A stretch of 64,000 nucleotides of DNA, taken from the NCBI GenBank assembly GCA_963745025.1, contig CAVUWD010000011.1:224001-288000 (forward strand), written 5' to 3'. The notes beneath the pieces were generated by a model. That model worked only from the letters and a program-made list of their open reading frames with translations. It had not been told where the DNA came from and did not search any database. Origin of the DNA: an uncultured delta proteobacterium. Lineage in GTDB: Bacteria > Desulfobacterota > Binatia > JACPRU01. This document shows positions 50,489 to 60,064 of this stretch, in pieces; position 1 is the stretch's first letter, and each line of letters begins with the position of its first letter. The position numbers and the translations under genes are program-made.

Positions 50489-51745
50489 TCAGTCGCGTGT
50501 CCCTGGGCCCTGTGCGCCGGCCAATCCGACCGTCGGCGCGGACGAGGCCGCATCGAGGTGCGGCACGACGTTGGTCATGAACAGTTCGAGCTCGCGCAGC
50601 ACGGACTCCTTCGGCTGCTGCGCGAAGTGGTAGATCAGCGTGATGTATTCGCACGGCACCTCGTCGTAGAGGCGCTTCCATTCGTCGCGCACCTGATCGG
50701 GCGTACCGACGGAAAAAATACCGGATTCCTTGATGTTCTGCACGAAATCGGTGTTGGGATCGTTCGGGAACTGCGGGAAGAACGGACCGTAGAAGTTCTT
50801 GTAGATGTCGATGTCGTAGTCGCGGATCATCCGATCGCATTCGGCCATGCTGCTCGCGATGTGGGGCCAGCGCACGATGTTCTGCCGCTGTCCGAGCGTC
50901 ACGCGCTCGCCGTGCTTCGCCGACTCGTCGACATAGAGCTGCGCCTGCTTGCGGATCGAGTCGAACTTCGAAAAGTAGGTCGGGATGAAGCCGTTGCGGC
51001 CGCAATAACGCACCGAGTCGTCGCTCCTCGTGGTGGCGACGAAGATCGGCGGCCGGCGCTTCTTGTAGGTCGGCGGCACCACGCTGATGCGCCGCACGTT
51101 GCCGGCGGCGTCGATCTCGCCCGCTGCGCCGGCCTCGCTTGCGATGCGCGCCGCAGGGTATTTCTCCACGCCGGTGTCGAGCGGAAAGGGCGCCTGGTAG
51201 TAGTCGCCGTTGAGGACGACGGAATCCTCCTCCCAGCAGCGCAGCACCATCGCCACGCGCTCCTCGAAGATGTCGCGGTTCTTCAGGTCGTCGGCGCTGC
51301 CGTCGGAGACGGTGGCGACGGTGTGGGAGAACTGGCCGAGAATGTTGGTCCAGCGCGATTGGTAGCCCCGGGCGAAGCCGACGAAGTATTTTCCACGCGT
51401 GATGTGGTCGAGTATCGCGGTCTCCTCGGCGACGCGGATCGGGTCCTGCGTCGCCATGACGTAGCCGAGCGCGCCAACATGCATGTGCTTCACCTGGCCC
51501 GCCCACCAGGCATTGAGGATGCCGGGGTTGGGCCCGACCTCGTAGCCTTCCGAATGCAGGTGGTGCTCGATGGTCGAGGCGCCCCAGACGCCCAGCTCAT
51601 CGGCCGCCTTGATGATGTCGATCCAGTCGAACAGGACGCGCTGGTAGAGGTCGGCATCACGGCCAACCGGCCGCGCGCGCCGGCGGCCTTCCTCCCCGTC
51701 GGCGGGAAGCATCGGATAGAGCTGCAGGATGACCTTCGGCCGCAT
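50489..51745 (-). CDS. LLM class flavin-dependent oxidoreductase
   Basis: EHHLHSEG, DPIRVAEE, GFARGYQ. Confidence 0.88.
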   Translation of the reverse strand: MRPKVILQLYPMLPADGEEGRRRARPVGRDADLYQRVLFDWIDIIKAADELGVWGASTIEHHLHSEGYEVGPNPGILNAWWAGQVKHMHVGALGYVMATQDPIRVAEETAILDHITRGKYFVGFARGYQSRWTNILGQFSHTVATVSDGSADDLKNRDIFEERVAMVLRCWEEDSVVLNGDYYQAPFPLDTGVEKYPAARIASEAGAAGEIDAAGNVRRISVVPPTYKKRRPPIFVATTRSDDSVRYCGRNGFIPTYFSKFDSIRKQAQLYVDESAKHGERVTLGQRQNIVRWPHIASSMAECDRMIRDYDIDIYKNFYGPFFPQFPNDPNTDFVQNIKESGIFSVGTPDQVRDEWKRLYDEVPCEYITLIYHFAQQPKESVLRELELFMTNVVPHLDAASSAPTVGLAGAQGPGTRD

Positions 51746-51894
51746 CTTGAGCGTCCCTTCGTGTTCTCGATTGTCGTACTTGGCCCGCCTATAGGGCGAC
51801 AGCCAGCAGGCCTTGCAGACGATGTCTCGCAATATCTCGTACGGGGTTCCAGACTCAATCGATCAACGGCATCGCCTGATGAATTCGCGCCGCC

Positions 51895-52020
51895 TTATTC
51901 GCTCACCTCGTCGGCGCCCGCGAGCAGCATCGGCGGCACGTCGAGGCCGAGCGCCTTCGCGGACTTGAGGTTGACCACCAAGGTCAACTGCATCACCGGC
52001 AGGGCGGCAGGTTTGGCCCA
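51895..52020 (-). pseudogene. ABC transporter substrate-binding protein C-terminal remnant
   Basis: [26 protein letters not shown]. Confidence 0.8.
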
Positions 52021-52052
52021 ATGCCGGCTAGCGCCGAGAATGTGCGAACTTG

Positions 52053-52352
52053 TCAGAGTGACCCGTATATGGCCGCCTCGAAGGCCCGAAACAGGTTGAC
52101 TGCCAGGCGATCAAAGAAGGGAAAGATCTGCGTCATGAAGCCGCCGGTCACGCCCTTGGTCTGGTCGATCCAGAAGTAGCAGTTGCTCAGCCCAGCCCAG
52201 GACAGGCTGCCGGGTGAACGGCCTTCCGGTGTCCGCTCCGTATTGATCAAGAAACTCAGGCCCCACTTTTGCTTCATTCCAGGGAAGAAGTCGGCGTCGT
52301 TGGAATACTCCGGTATGGCCGTCTTCAACTCGACGAAATCGATATCGCCCAT
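52053..52352 (-). pseudogene. Serine hydrolase/beta-lactamase family C-terminal remnant
   Basis: GRSPGSLSWAGLSNCYFWID...TQIFPF. Confidence 0.8.
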
Positions 52353-52611
52353 TGCCTCGCTCGACAGCAGCTTCCAGGCGTTCGACTCGGACAGCGACGC
52401 CGACCTGGCCTACGCGCAGAGCTACGCGATGGTGGAGCTGATGCGCGAGTGCGGCGGAGATGGGGCTCTCGACACCGCGCTCGCCGCGTTCGCGAGTGGA
52501 GCGGACACACCCACCGCCCTGGCGCGCGCCTGTCACCGTGAGGAGGTGACTGGAAAAGACCTGCTCGACTTCCTCGAGCGCCGGCTGGCCCAGCGCGGCG
52601 CCAGGCCGTGA
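52345..52611 (+). pseudogene. Peptidase MA-like C-terminal remnant
   Basis: SLDSSF...LAYAQSYAMVE. Confidence 0.55.
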
Positions 52612-53060
52612 AGCCGGAGCTCCTTCGCCGCTGCCTTTCAGCTCGAGAGCTTCATCCCGATGTCGCCGGCCGGCTCGGCTCCCGCCTTACGTCGTTCGGC
52701 GTGGCGGCTCCGCCTCTAAAGAGGCTGCGCCTGGTCGCTCTCGCCGGCAGGGCTCACCCGCACCACCAGCTGAACCGCGCTGAAGCCGGCCGACTCGTAC
52801 AGTCCGGCGAAAACGCCTCCCCCCAGCCAGAGGTTGATCGGCTCGGCGTGGAAGCGCGTACCGAGGGTCAGCTCGACCCATCCGTAGAGCATTCAGGTCT
52901 CGTGCGGATACGGGTCGGGCTGGGACAACATGCCCAAGGTCACGCCAGCCGCGGCCCAGAGGGCGAAGCGCCACCAGCGGAAGACGTCGACTCCCAGCTG
53001 GTCTGCCGCCCAAAGCCAACGCTCGTACCGAGCCCGCGGAAGCAAGATTGAGCGGCGCGG

Positions 53061-53462
53061 TCAGTTGCTCCGCGAGCCACCGCCGCCGCGCACGTCGATT
53101 CCGCGCTGCTCGAGGAGCTTCAGCAGCATCTCGTTCGTCTCGATGATTTCTTGGAGCTTCTTCTCGATCGCCAAGGCGTTCGCCTCCATCCAACAACGAA
53201 GCGCGCTGAGTGCCGCATGAGCAGTCTGCGGATCCATCTTTCGCGGAGGCTCGCCTTCCGCGAGGTCAGCCTTGGTGTCTCCGACGACTAGCGAATTGTA
53301 GATCGCATTCGCGGCCGCCTTCACGTCCTCGGCCGTGCGAAGGTAGCGCCAGCCGCGGGGCTTCCCGCTCTTGCGCGCCTTCCTGGATCGGAGACCGTCG
53401 CTACCCCCAGGGGTCCCCGCGCCATCCTGCGTATTCTCGGCCGTCCAGTTGTTTTCCTTCAT
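53061..53462 (-). CDS. Hypothetical protein (phage/satellite-like)
   Basis: RBS GGAGG; LRTAEDV...IEKKLQEI helical pattern. Confidence 0.55.
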   Translation of the reverse strand: MKENNWTAENTQDGAGTPGGSDGLRSRKARKSGKPRGWRYLRTAEDVKAAANAIYNSLVVGDTKADLAEGEPPRKMDPQTAHAALSALRCWMEANALAIEKKLQEIIETNEMLLKLLEQRGIDVRGGGGSRSN

Positions 53463-53522
53463 CCCTACCTCCGCGTCTTCCCCTCGCATTCCAGGACATT
53501 CACCCGCCGAGCACCGTCCTTC

Positions 53523-53574
53523 GGGTCCGATAGTGGACCCTATGTCGAAATCACGCTTTTGTGCGGGCCATAAC
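53523..53574 (+). repeat. dif-like + oriIS-like element, copy 6, at island right edge
   Basis: GGGTCCGATAG-TGGACC-CTATGTCGAAA-TCACGCTTTTGTGCGGGCCATAAC. Confidence 0.55.
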
Positions 53575-53578
53575 AACT

Positions 53579-54367
53579 CTAGCGGCCGTTGAAGATCACC
53601 TGCTGCTTCTTGGCGAACGCCGCGACGCCGTTCTTGAAGTCCTCGGTGTGGCCGCTCGCGGCGATGGCCTGAGCCTCGAGCTCCATCTGGGTCTCGAGAC
53701 TCTCCTGCGTCGACTGGTGGAAGAGGAGCTTGGCCCGGCCGAAGGCGAGCGTCGGCCCCCGGGCGAGCTCTTTCGCCAGGGTCGCCAGGGCTCCGGGGAA
53801 CTCGGCGTCCGGATGGACGCGGTTGACGAGCCCCCAATCCATCGCCTCGCGCGCCGAAAGCACGCGATTCGTGTAGTGGAGCTCGAGCGCCCGGCGCAAC
53901 CCGATCATCCGCGGCAGGAAATACGACGAGGAGCCGTCGGGCGACGCGGCGATCTTCGAGTACGCCATCGTGAACTTCGCGGACTCCGCCGCGACCACAA
54001 GATCCCCGGCGAGCGCGAGGCTCATGCCCCCACCCGCCGCCACACCGTTGACGGCCATGATGACGGGCTTGGCCGTGCGCGCCAGCCGCGAGACCGCGCC
54101 GTGCAGGTAGGTCGTCAGCTCCTTGATCACGATCCCGATGCGGTCCGCATTGTCGTTGAAGTCCTTGACGTCGCCGCCGGCGCAAAACGCCTTCCCTGCG
54201 CCCGTGATGACGATGCATCGCACGGCGCGGTCCTCATCGGCCTCGAGCGTGGCGCGGAAGAGATCGCCGGCCAGCGCCAGGTTCAGGGCATTGTAGGCCT
54301 CGGGACGATTCATGGTGATCGTGGCGACGGCGTCCTTGACCTCGTAGCGGATGGTGTCGTGATGCAT
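53579..54367 (-). CDS. Enoyl-CoA hydratase/isomerase
   Basis: AFCAGGD, AVNGVAAGGG, PDGSSSYFLPR. Confidence 0.95.
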   Translation of the reverse strand: MHHDTIRYEVKDAVATITMNRPEAYNALNLALAGDLFRATLEADEDRAVRCIVITGAGKAFCAGGDVKDFNDNADRIGIVIKELTTYLHGAVSRLARTAKPVIMAVNGVAAGGGMSLALAGDLVVAAESAKFTMAYSKIAASPDGSSSYFLPRMIGLRRALELHYTNRVLSAREAMDWGLVNRVHPDAEFPGALATLAKELARGPTLAFGRAKLLFHQSTQESLETQMELEAQAIAASGHTEDFKNGVAAFAKKQQVIFNGR

Positions 54368-54428
54368 GGCTCTCTCCTCGTTGGATTAGCGGCGGTCGCC
54401 GACGCGGTGCAGCTTGAGCAGGTGGGTG

Positions 54429-54481
54429 GAGGATAACCACGACAAGCGGCCGAAATTTATTTAGTCTCCCATATAACCGCC
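54429..54481 (-). repeat. dif-like + oriIS-like element, copy 7 (degenerate)
   Basis: Minus strand GGCGGTTATAT-GGGAGA-CTAAATAAATT-TCGGCCGCTTGTCGTGGTTATCC. Confidence 0.5.
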
Positions 54482-54696
54482 GTGCGACGGAAATCATGCG
54501 GGATCTTGCCGGTTAAGCCCGCCGCCTTGCAAGCGGTGTTGGCCTTGTAGTGATTGGTCGGTACGACATCGAGAGCCTGCTAAGTCCGAAAGGACAAGCT
54601 CGAAAAAAGGTGCGGGCGTGTGCCCGCGATCGCTTGTGCTGTGCGGCACCGAGAGGCAAACTTTATTGGGGGAAGCGAGTCCCCTCGTTTCCGACT

Positions 54697-57600
54697 ATGT
54701 CGTCGCAACCTGCTGCTTCACCCCGAGAAAGCTCGGCATCTTCGGTCTCGGCCGAATCGCTCGAAACTCTCCGCCAACTGACGGTTTCGCCGCTCGACGA
54801 GATCACCGCTCCGAAGGCCCTCGCCGCGATCCTCGAGGCACTGCGCCTTCGCTACGGGGCGCTTCTTCGCTACGACTCGGACTCGCAGAGCCTGACGATG
54901 GTCGCGCAGGAAGGGCTGGCGGAGCAGGCGATCGGCGCGATCCGACTCATCCGTCGCGGCGTGAGCGGGGTTTGGGACATGCCGCTCCACGCCGTCCTGC
55001 AGCGACGCGTCTACATCATCGACAGGCCGAAGGAGAATCCCTTCGTGCCCACGCTGCTCCAGGGTAGCGACCAGGGAGTGCTCACCAACGCCGCCGTCAT
55101 GCCGCTGTTCGCGGAGGGGTCGGTGACCGGTGCGCTCCTGCTCGTCGGTAGCGGAAAGCGCGCCATCCACGAGACCGACATCGTCAAGCTACGCGAAGCC
55201 GCGAAGAACCTGGGCACGGCTCTCCGCTTGCCGTCGAAGCTGGAGCCGCGTGCGGCGCACGTGCTCACGCAACCGATCTCGGCGTCGGCTCGCGAGGAAT
55301 CGGTACGGGATCGCGCAATGCTCAAGGCGCGAATCAGCGAGCTCGAGTCGCTGGTCGAATCGCTGCGCCGCACCGCGGGTGGAACGTCGAGCGCAACGGA
55401 GACCGAGCGGCGTCTGGCGGACATCGGACGGGAGCGCGACCGTCACAAATCCGAAGCCGCGCTTCACGAGATCGCGCTCCGCAATCTCCGCGCCGAGTAC
55501 GACTTGGTCCGCGACCAGAGCGCCTCGGAAGCCGAACGCGGCCGCAAGCTCGCGCTCGAGCTCGCCCGAGAGAGAGAACAGCTCGCCGCCGCCGTGGAGA
55601 GCGGCCAGCGGTCGACCGAAGAGCTCGCGCAGGCGAATCGTTCGCGCACCGAGCTCCAGGAACGGCTCGGCGCTCTCGAGCGCCAGCTCGGCGAGACCGC
55701 GAAACAAGTCCATGCCGGCGAAGCCACGCGGGCCGAGATCGCCTCCCGTCTCTCGGTAGCGGAGCGCGACACCGAAGAGCTGCGAAAGAGTTTGCGTGCG
55801 CGCGAGGAGCAAGTCAGCGAGCTCCGTGGCGAGCGCGAGCGCCTGACGGCATCTCTGCAGAAAGCAGCCGCCCGCTACCAGGCGGTCGAGGACGCGACGG
55901 CTCAGCTCGGCGAGGGGTCGGAGATCGCGCAGGCGGAGCTCCGCGGCCAAATCGAAGTCCTGCAGGCGCGCCTCGAGGCGAGCGAGCGGGAGCGAGATCA
56001 GTTGTCTGCGGGTCTCGCTGGCCGGTCGGAGATCGTGCGCGAGATCGAGCGAGAGACCGAACGGTTCCGGACCGAGCTCGCCCGCGAGGTGGAACGCCGC
56101 CGCGTCGCCGAGCAGACCGCGTCGAGCGTGATCCACGATGCCGCAGCGCTGCGCGTCGAGGCCGAACGCGTGCAGGCGGAGCGGCAGATGGCACACGCCG
56201 AGGCGGAGCAATCGCGCACCGAGGCGCAGCAACTCGCCGCCGAGATCGACGCGCTTCGCAAGAGCTCGCAGGGGGAAACCGAGCGACTCCGCCAACAGGC
56301 GGCCGATCTCCAGACCCGCGCCGAGCGGGCGGAATCGATGCGCAACGCGCTCGCCGCGGAAGTCGAGCGCCTGCGTCCGGATCTCGAAAGCCATCGCAAG
56401 AGCGAGGCCGATCTCCGCTCCCGGGACGCCGGCCGGCAGGAAGCCGAACGGGCGCTCCAGGCCGAGGTCGCAGAGCTGCGCAATCGGCTGCAGGAAACCG
56501 CCGAGTCGGCGCGCGCGCTCTCGCGCGAGCGGGATGCGTTGCTCGCCCGCGCCGCCACCCTTCAAGAAACGACGGCCAACTTGCTGCGCGACGGCGAAGC
56601 GCTGCGTGCCGAGCGCGATGGTCGCGACCAGGAGCTCGAAAGCGTCCGCGCGGCCGCCGAGGCCAAAGCGGCCGAGGCCGAGCGCCTACGAGCGGAAGTC
56701 GAGGGCCTACGGGGTTTGGCCCAGGGCGTCGAGGCGGACCTCGGCGAGGCGCGGGGCGGCCAGGCCGCGGCGCTCGAACGTGCGCAGGTGCTGGAGAGCG
56801 AGCTCGCAAGCCTTCGCGGGGAGCTCGAACGCGCGCAGTCGCGCGGCAGCGAGCTCACGGTGGAGCTCGCCCGGCGCGCGCAGCTCGAAGAGTCGTTGCA
56901 AGCCGCGGCCGGTGAAAGTCGCCGGCAGCTCGAGGACACCGAGCGTCGCCGGCTCGAGGAGGAGCTCCAGCGCAACGAGCTCGAGGGCCGGCTACGGCAG
57001 CTCGAGCAACAGCTCCAGGGCGCGAGCGCCGATCTCGCCGAAAAGACGCGCGAGATCGACTTCGCGTCAGTGCTCCGCGCGACCCTGGCGAAATCGGAGC
57101 GCGCGCGGCGCGCCGCGGAAGAGGCCGTCATTCGGCTCGAGGCGGCGCTCGACACGGAGCGGCAGGCGAGCGTGCGGCTGCGTCTCGAAAATGACTCCGA
57201 GCGCGAGAGCGCCCACGAGCTCGCACGTAGGCTGGAAGAGCTGGAGCGCAGGCTCGATGAAGCCGAGGCGGCAATCGGAGAGGCCAACCAGCGCGCCGAG
57301 GCGATCGCCGCGGAGCGAGGAGCAGCGCAAGAGACAACCCAGTCGCTCGCCGCCGAGCTCGGTCGTCGCACGGCGGAGCTCGGCGAGCTATCGAGCCGCC
57401 TCGAGTTTGCCGAGCGAGATTTGCAAGAGCGTGAAGCAGCCGTGCAGCGGTCGCTCGCGCACGCGCAGACCGTCGAGCAGAGCGCGCGAGCAGCCGCTCA
57501 GGAGATCGAAGCCCTCAAGCGCCAAGCACTGGCGAGTCAGGACGAGAAAGACCGGCGGATCCACGAGCTCGAGCTGCGTGTCACCGAGACGGCAGGCCGG

Positions 57601-58746
57601 GCGGAGCGGGTGGCCGCGGACCTGAAGGCGGGCGAAGAAGAGCGCGAGCGCCTGCGCGAGTCGCTGCGGGCGCTGGAGAACGAACGCCATCAGGTGAGCG
57701 AAGCGATGCGCGAGGGAACAGCGAAGAGCGCGGCACTCGAGGCGGCAGTGCGCCGGAGTCAGGCGGAGAGCGAGCGGCTCGTGGGAGACATCGAATCGGC
57801 CAGACAGCAAGCCGCGCGCCTCGAAAACGACCTACGGAGCCTCGAATCGGAGAGCGCGCGCTGGCGGAGCCTGGCCGAGAAGTTGCAAGGCACGATCGAG
57901 GAGCGTGACCGAGAGATCCAGGGGCTCAAGTCTGCCGCGCCGCGGCCGCCGGTCATTCCGCCCCCGGCGACGCTGAAGCCTGCGCCCGCGAAACTGCCAA
58001 CCGCCGGAGCGGCGCCGAAGCCCGCGTCCGTGGTCACGAGCTTCGTCGTCGCGGTACTCGACGAACCAGGCCCCGCGTTCAGCGGGCTCGCGCAGGCGTG
58101 CGGCTCGGGCGGGTTCGAAGCGCGCGCGATCGAGAACGGAGGTTCGACGAAAGAGCTCCCTGCCTACACGGCCGTCAATTTGCTCGCCACCAAGAACGGC
58201 GGGCTCGAGGGCCTGGTTCGCAGCCGTACCGATGAAGGGCTCGCCGCTTCGCGACTCTTCCTCTATGCCGCCAAGCCCGGCGGGGCTAACGGAGTGGTTT
58301 TCGGCAGCGTCGATTGCCTGATCCGGCCGATCGAGGAGAAGGACTTTCTGACCGCGCTTACGGGTCTCCTCGGCAACGGCAAGCGCGTGACGATCATCGG
58401 CGAGGAGCTCGACAGCGTTCTCAAGCTGAACGCCTGGGCGACGGCCAAGGGTTGCTCGGTTTCGAGCGCGGGCGATCTCAAGCAGGGGAACGAGATCCTC
58501 GACATCGTCAAGCCCGATCTCATCGTGTTCGACTTCTCGCGCCTCGGCGGCGAAGGCGCTGGCCTGGTGGTCAAGGCGCGGCGGTCGGCCCGCCTCGAAG
58601 CGCTGCCGATGCTGCTCGTGTTGCCGCAAGGGGCGCAGAGTCCGAGCGCGGCATTCTTCATGAAGCGGATGGCGACGCTCGCGGACGAGAGCCCGCTCGA
58701 CTTCACGCCCATCCTTCGACGCCTGGCGCCGACGGAAAAGGTCTAA
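54697..58746 (+). CDS. GAF-like + very long coiled coil + degenerate receiver-like domain protein
   Basis: N-terminal GAF pattern (LTMVAQEGL...VMPLFAEGSVTGALLL), long heptad region, C-terminal KPDLIVFD. Confidence 0.8.
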   Translation: MSSQPAASPRESSASSVSAESLETLRQLTVSPLDEITAPKALAAILEALRLRYGALLRYDSDSQSLTMVAQEGLAEQAIGAIRLIRRGVSGVWDMPLHAVLQRRVYIIDRPKENPFVPTLLQGSDQGVLTNAAVMPLFAEGSVTGALLLVGSGKRAIHETDIVKLREAAKNLGTALRLPSKLEPRAAHVLTQPISASAREESVRDRAMLKARISELESLVESLRRTAGGTSSATETERRLADIGRERDRHKSEAALHEIALRNLRAEYDLVRDQSASEAERGRKLALELAREREQLAAAVESGQRSTEELAQANRSRTELQERLGALERQLGETAKQVHAGEATRAEIASRLSVAERDTEELRKSLRAREEQVSELRGERERLTASLQKAAARYQAVEDATAQLGEGSEIAQAELRGQIEVLQARLEASERERDQLSAGLAGRSEIVREIERETERFRTELAREVERRRVAEQTASSVIHDAAALRVEAERVQAERQMAHAEAEQSRTEAQQLAAEIDALRKSSQGETERLRQQAADLQTRAERAESMRNALAAEVERLRPDLESHRKSEADLRSRDAGRQEAERALQAEVAELRNRLQETAESARALSRERDALLARAATLQETTANLLRDGEALRAERDGRDQELESVRAAAEAKAAEAERLRAEVEGLRGLAQGVEADLGEARGGQAAALERAQVLESELASLRGELERAQSRGSELTVELARRAQLEESLQAAAGESRRQLEDTERRRLEEELQRNELEGRLRQLEQQLQGASADLAEKTREIDFASVLRATLAKSERARRAAEEAVIRLEAALDTERQASVRLRLENDSERESAHELARRLEELERRLDEAEAAIGEANQRAEAIAAERGAAQETTQSLAAELGRRTAELGELSSRLEFAERDLQEREAAVQRSLAHAQTVEQSARAAAQEIEALKRQALASQDEKDRRIHELELRVTETAGRAERVAADLKAGEEERERLRESLRALENERHQVSEAMREGTAKSAALEAAVRRSQAESERLVGDIESARQQAARLENDLRSLESESARWRSLAEKLQGTIEERDREIQGLKSAAPRPPVIPPPATLKPAPAKLPTAGAAPKPASVVTSFVVAVLDEPGPAFSGLAQACGSGGFEARAIENGGSTKELPAYTAVNLLATKNGGLEGLVRSRTDEGLAASRLFLYAAKPGGANGVVFGSVDCLIRPIEEKDFLTALTGLLGNGKRVTIIGEELDSVLKLNAWATAKGCSVSSAGDLKQGNEILDIVKPDLIVFDFSRLGGEGAGLVVKARRSARLEALPMLLVLPQGAQSPSAAFFMKRMATLADESPLDFTPILRRLAPTEKV

Positions 58747-58938
58747 CGACTCCGACTACACGGCGAACGTTTCGACGATCAGGCGGTCGTTCTCCGCGAC
58801 GCGTTCGGGATACGCACCGACCGAAGGCGCGAGAAGGGGCCGATCGAAATCGGCTCTCGGCTCTCGGCGAAAGGCCCCGCGCTTCCTTTGCTGAGAGCCG
58901 AATTGACAGCCTACGCCTGGTTAGCATAACGCCCGCTC

Positions 58939-59996
58939 ATGCCCATCATCCGCAAGAAGACCGGAAACTTTCTCGAGGACTTCCGAGTCGGGCAGGTGTT
59001 TCGTCACAAGCGCGGCAAGACCATCACCGAGGGTCTGTTCAACGCGTTCACCGAGTTCACGATGACCACGAACCCGCTCGCGAAGAACGCGCGCTACGCC
59101 CGCGCCTACGGGTTCCGAGATCTGGTCGCGCCGCCGGGGTTGGTCATGCACGTCGCCTTCAGCCAGACCGTCGAGGACGTCTCGGAGAACGCGCGCGCCA
59201 ATCTCGAGTACATCGACATGCGCTTCGGGGCGCGGCGGTCGTCGGCGACACGATCGAGGTCGAGACCATGGTGCTCGGCGTCAAAGCCTCCTCGAAGGAT
59301 CCGGACCGCGGCGTCGTCCACGTCCAGTCGACGGCCCGAAACCAGGACGGTGCGGTCGTCCTCACCTTCCAGCGCAAGGTCCAGGTCTGGAAGGGCGATC
59401 CGGCCGCCAAAGTCGAAGACGGCGAGATTCCTTCGCCGGCGATCGAGTGCTCGCTCTGGCTGCCGGCCTACGACGCGAAGCGCAACTACCGCTCGCTCGC
59501 ACATCTTTCGGCGGCAGACGGCTACTTCGAGGATCTCGTTCCGGGCGACACGATCGAGCACTCCCGCGGCCGCACCATGACGACCGAGCACATCGCGCTC
59601 ACCGCGCAGCTCGACAACACCTCACAGGTGCACTGCAATCAGTTTATGATCGATCAGGACCCCACGCAGTACGTCGGGGGGCAGCTGATCGTCTACGGCG
59701 GCATCGCCTTCGACCTATGTCTCGGGCTCTCCTCGCCCGACGTCGGCGACAACGCGCTCGGCGACGTCGAGTATCGAACCGGCCGTCACACGGCGCCGGT
59801 GTTCGCCGGCGACACGGTGTTCGCGTCGACCGAGATCCGCGCCAAGCGCGACTTCCCCGGCCGCGCCGATCTCGGCATCGTCGACACGGTGCTGCGCGGC
59901 TTCAAGCCGGTCAAGAAGAACGACGCTTGGGAGCGCGCGGAAGTGTTCTATCTCGAGCGTGCGATCACGCTGAAGAGAAGGTCGCACTACGCGTAG
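58939..59996 (+). CDS. MaoC double hot-dog dehydratase (mesaconyl-CoA hydratase-like), frameshift near 59230
   Basis: GNFLEDF...QTVEDVSENARANL...GDT; second repeat YFEDL...HTAPVFAGDT. Confidence 0.8.
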
Positions 59997-60062
59997 CGGC
60001 TACCGGCTGCCGGCTACCGGAAGAGAACGACGCCCCTTGTCTTTGCCGGTAGCCGGTAGCCG
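59996..60062. repeat. Palindromic heptamer (CGGCTAC) element
   Basis: CGGCTAC-like x3, spacer, GTAGCCG x2; similar to 63424-63496. Confidence 0.75.
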
Positions 60063-60064
60063 AT

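Larger units (their letters stand above)
12829..53575. mobile_element. tRNA-Val-anchored composite genomic island / plasticity region
   Basis: Starts at the tRNA 3' end; dense with IS elements, attC sites, gene fragments and a phage/ICE-like operon; intact metabolic genes resume at 53579. Right boundary inferred. Confidence 0.7.

Noticed and set aside
51779-51795. Extra origin-tail-like matches here and at 47701
   Set aside because: Short matches without the dif-like arms
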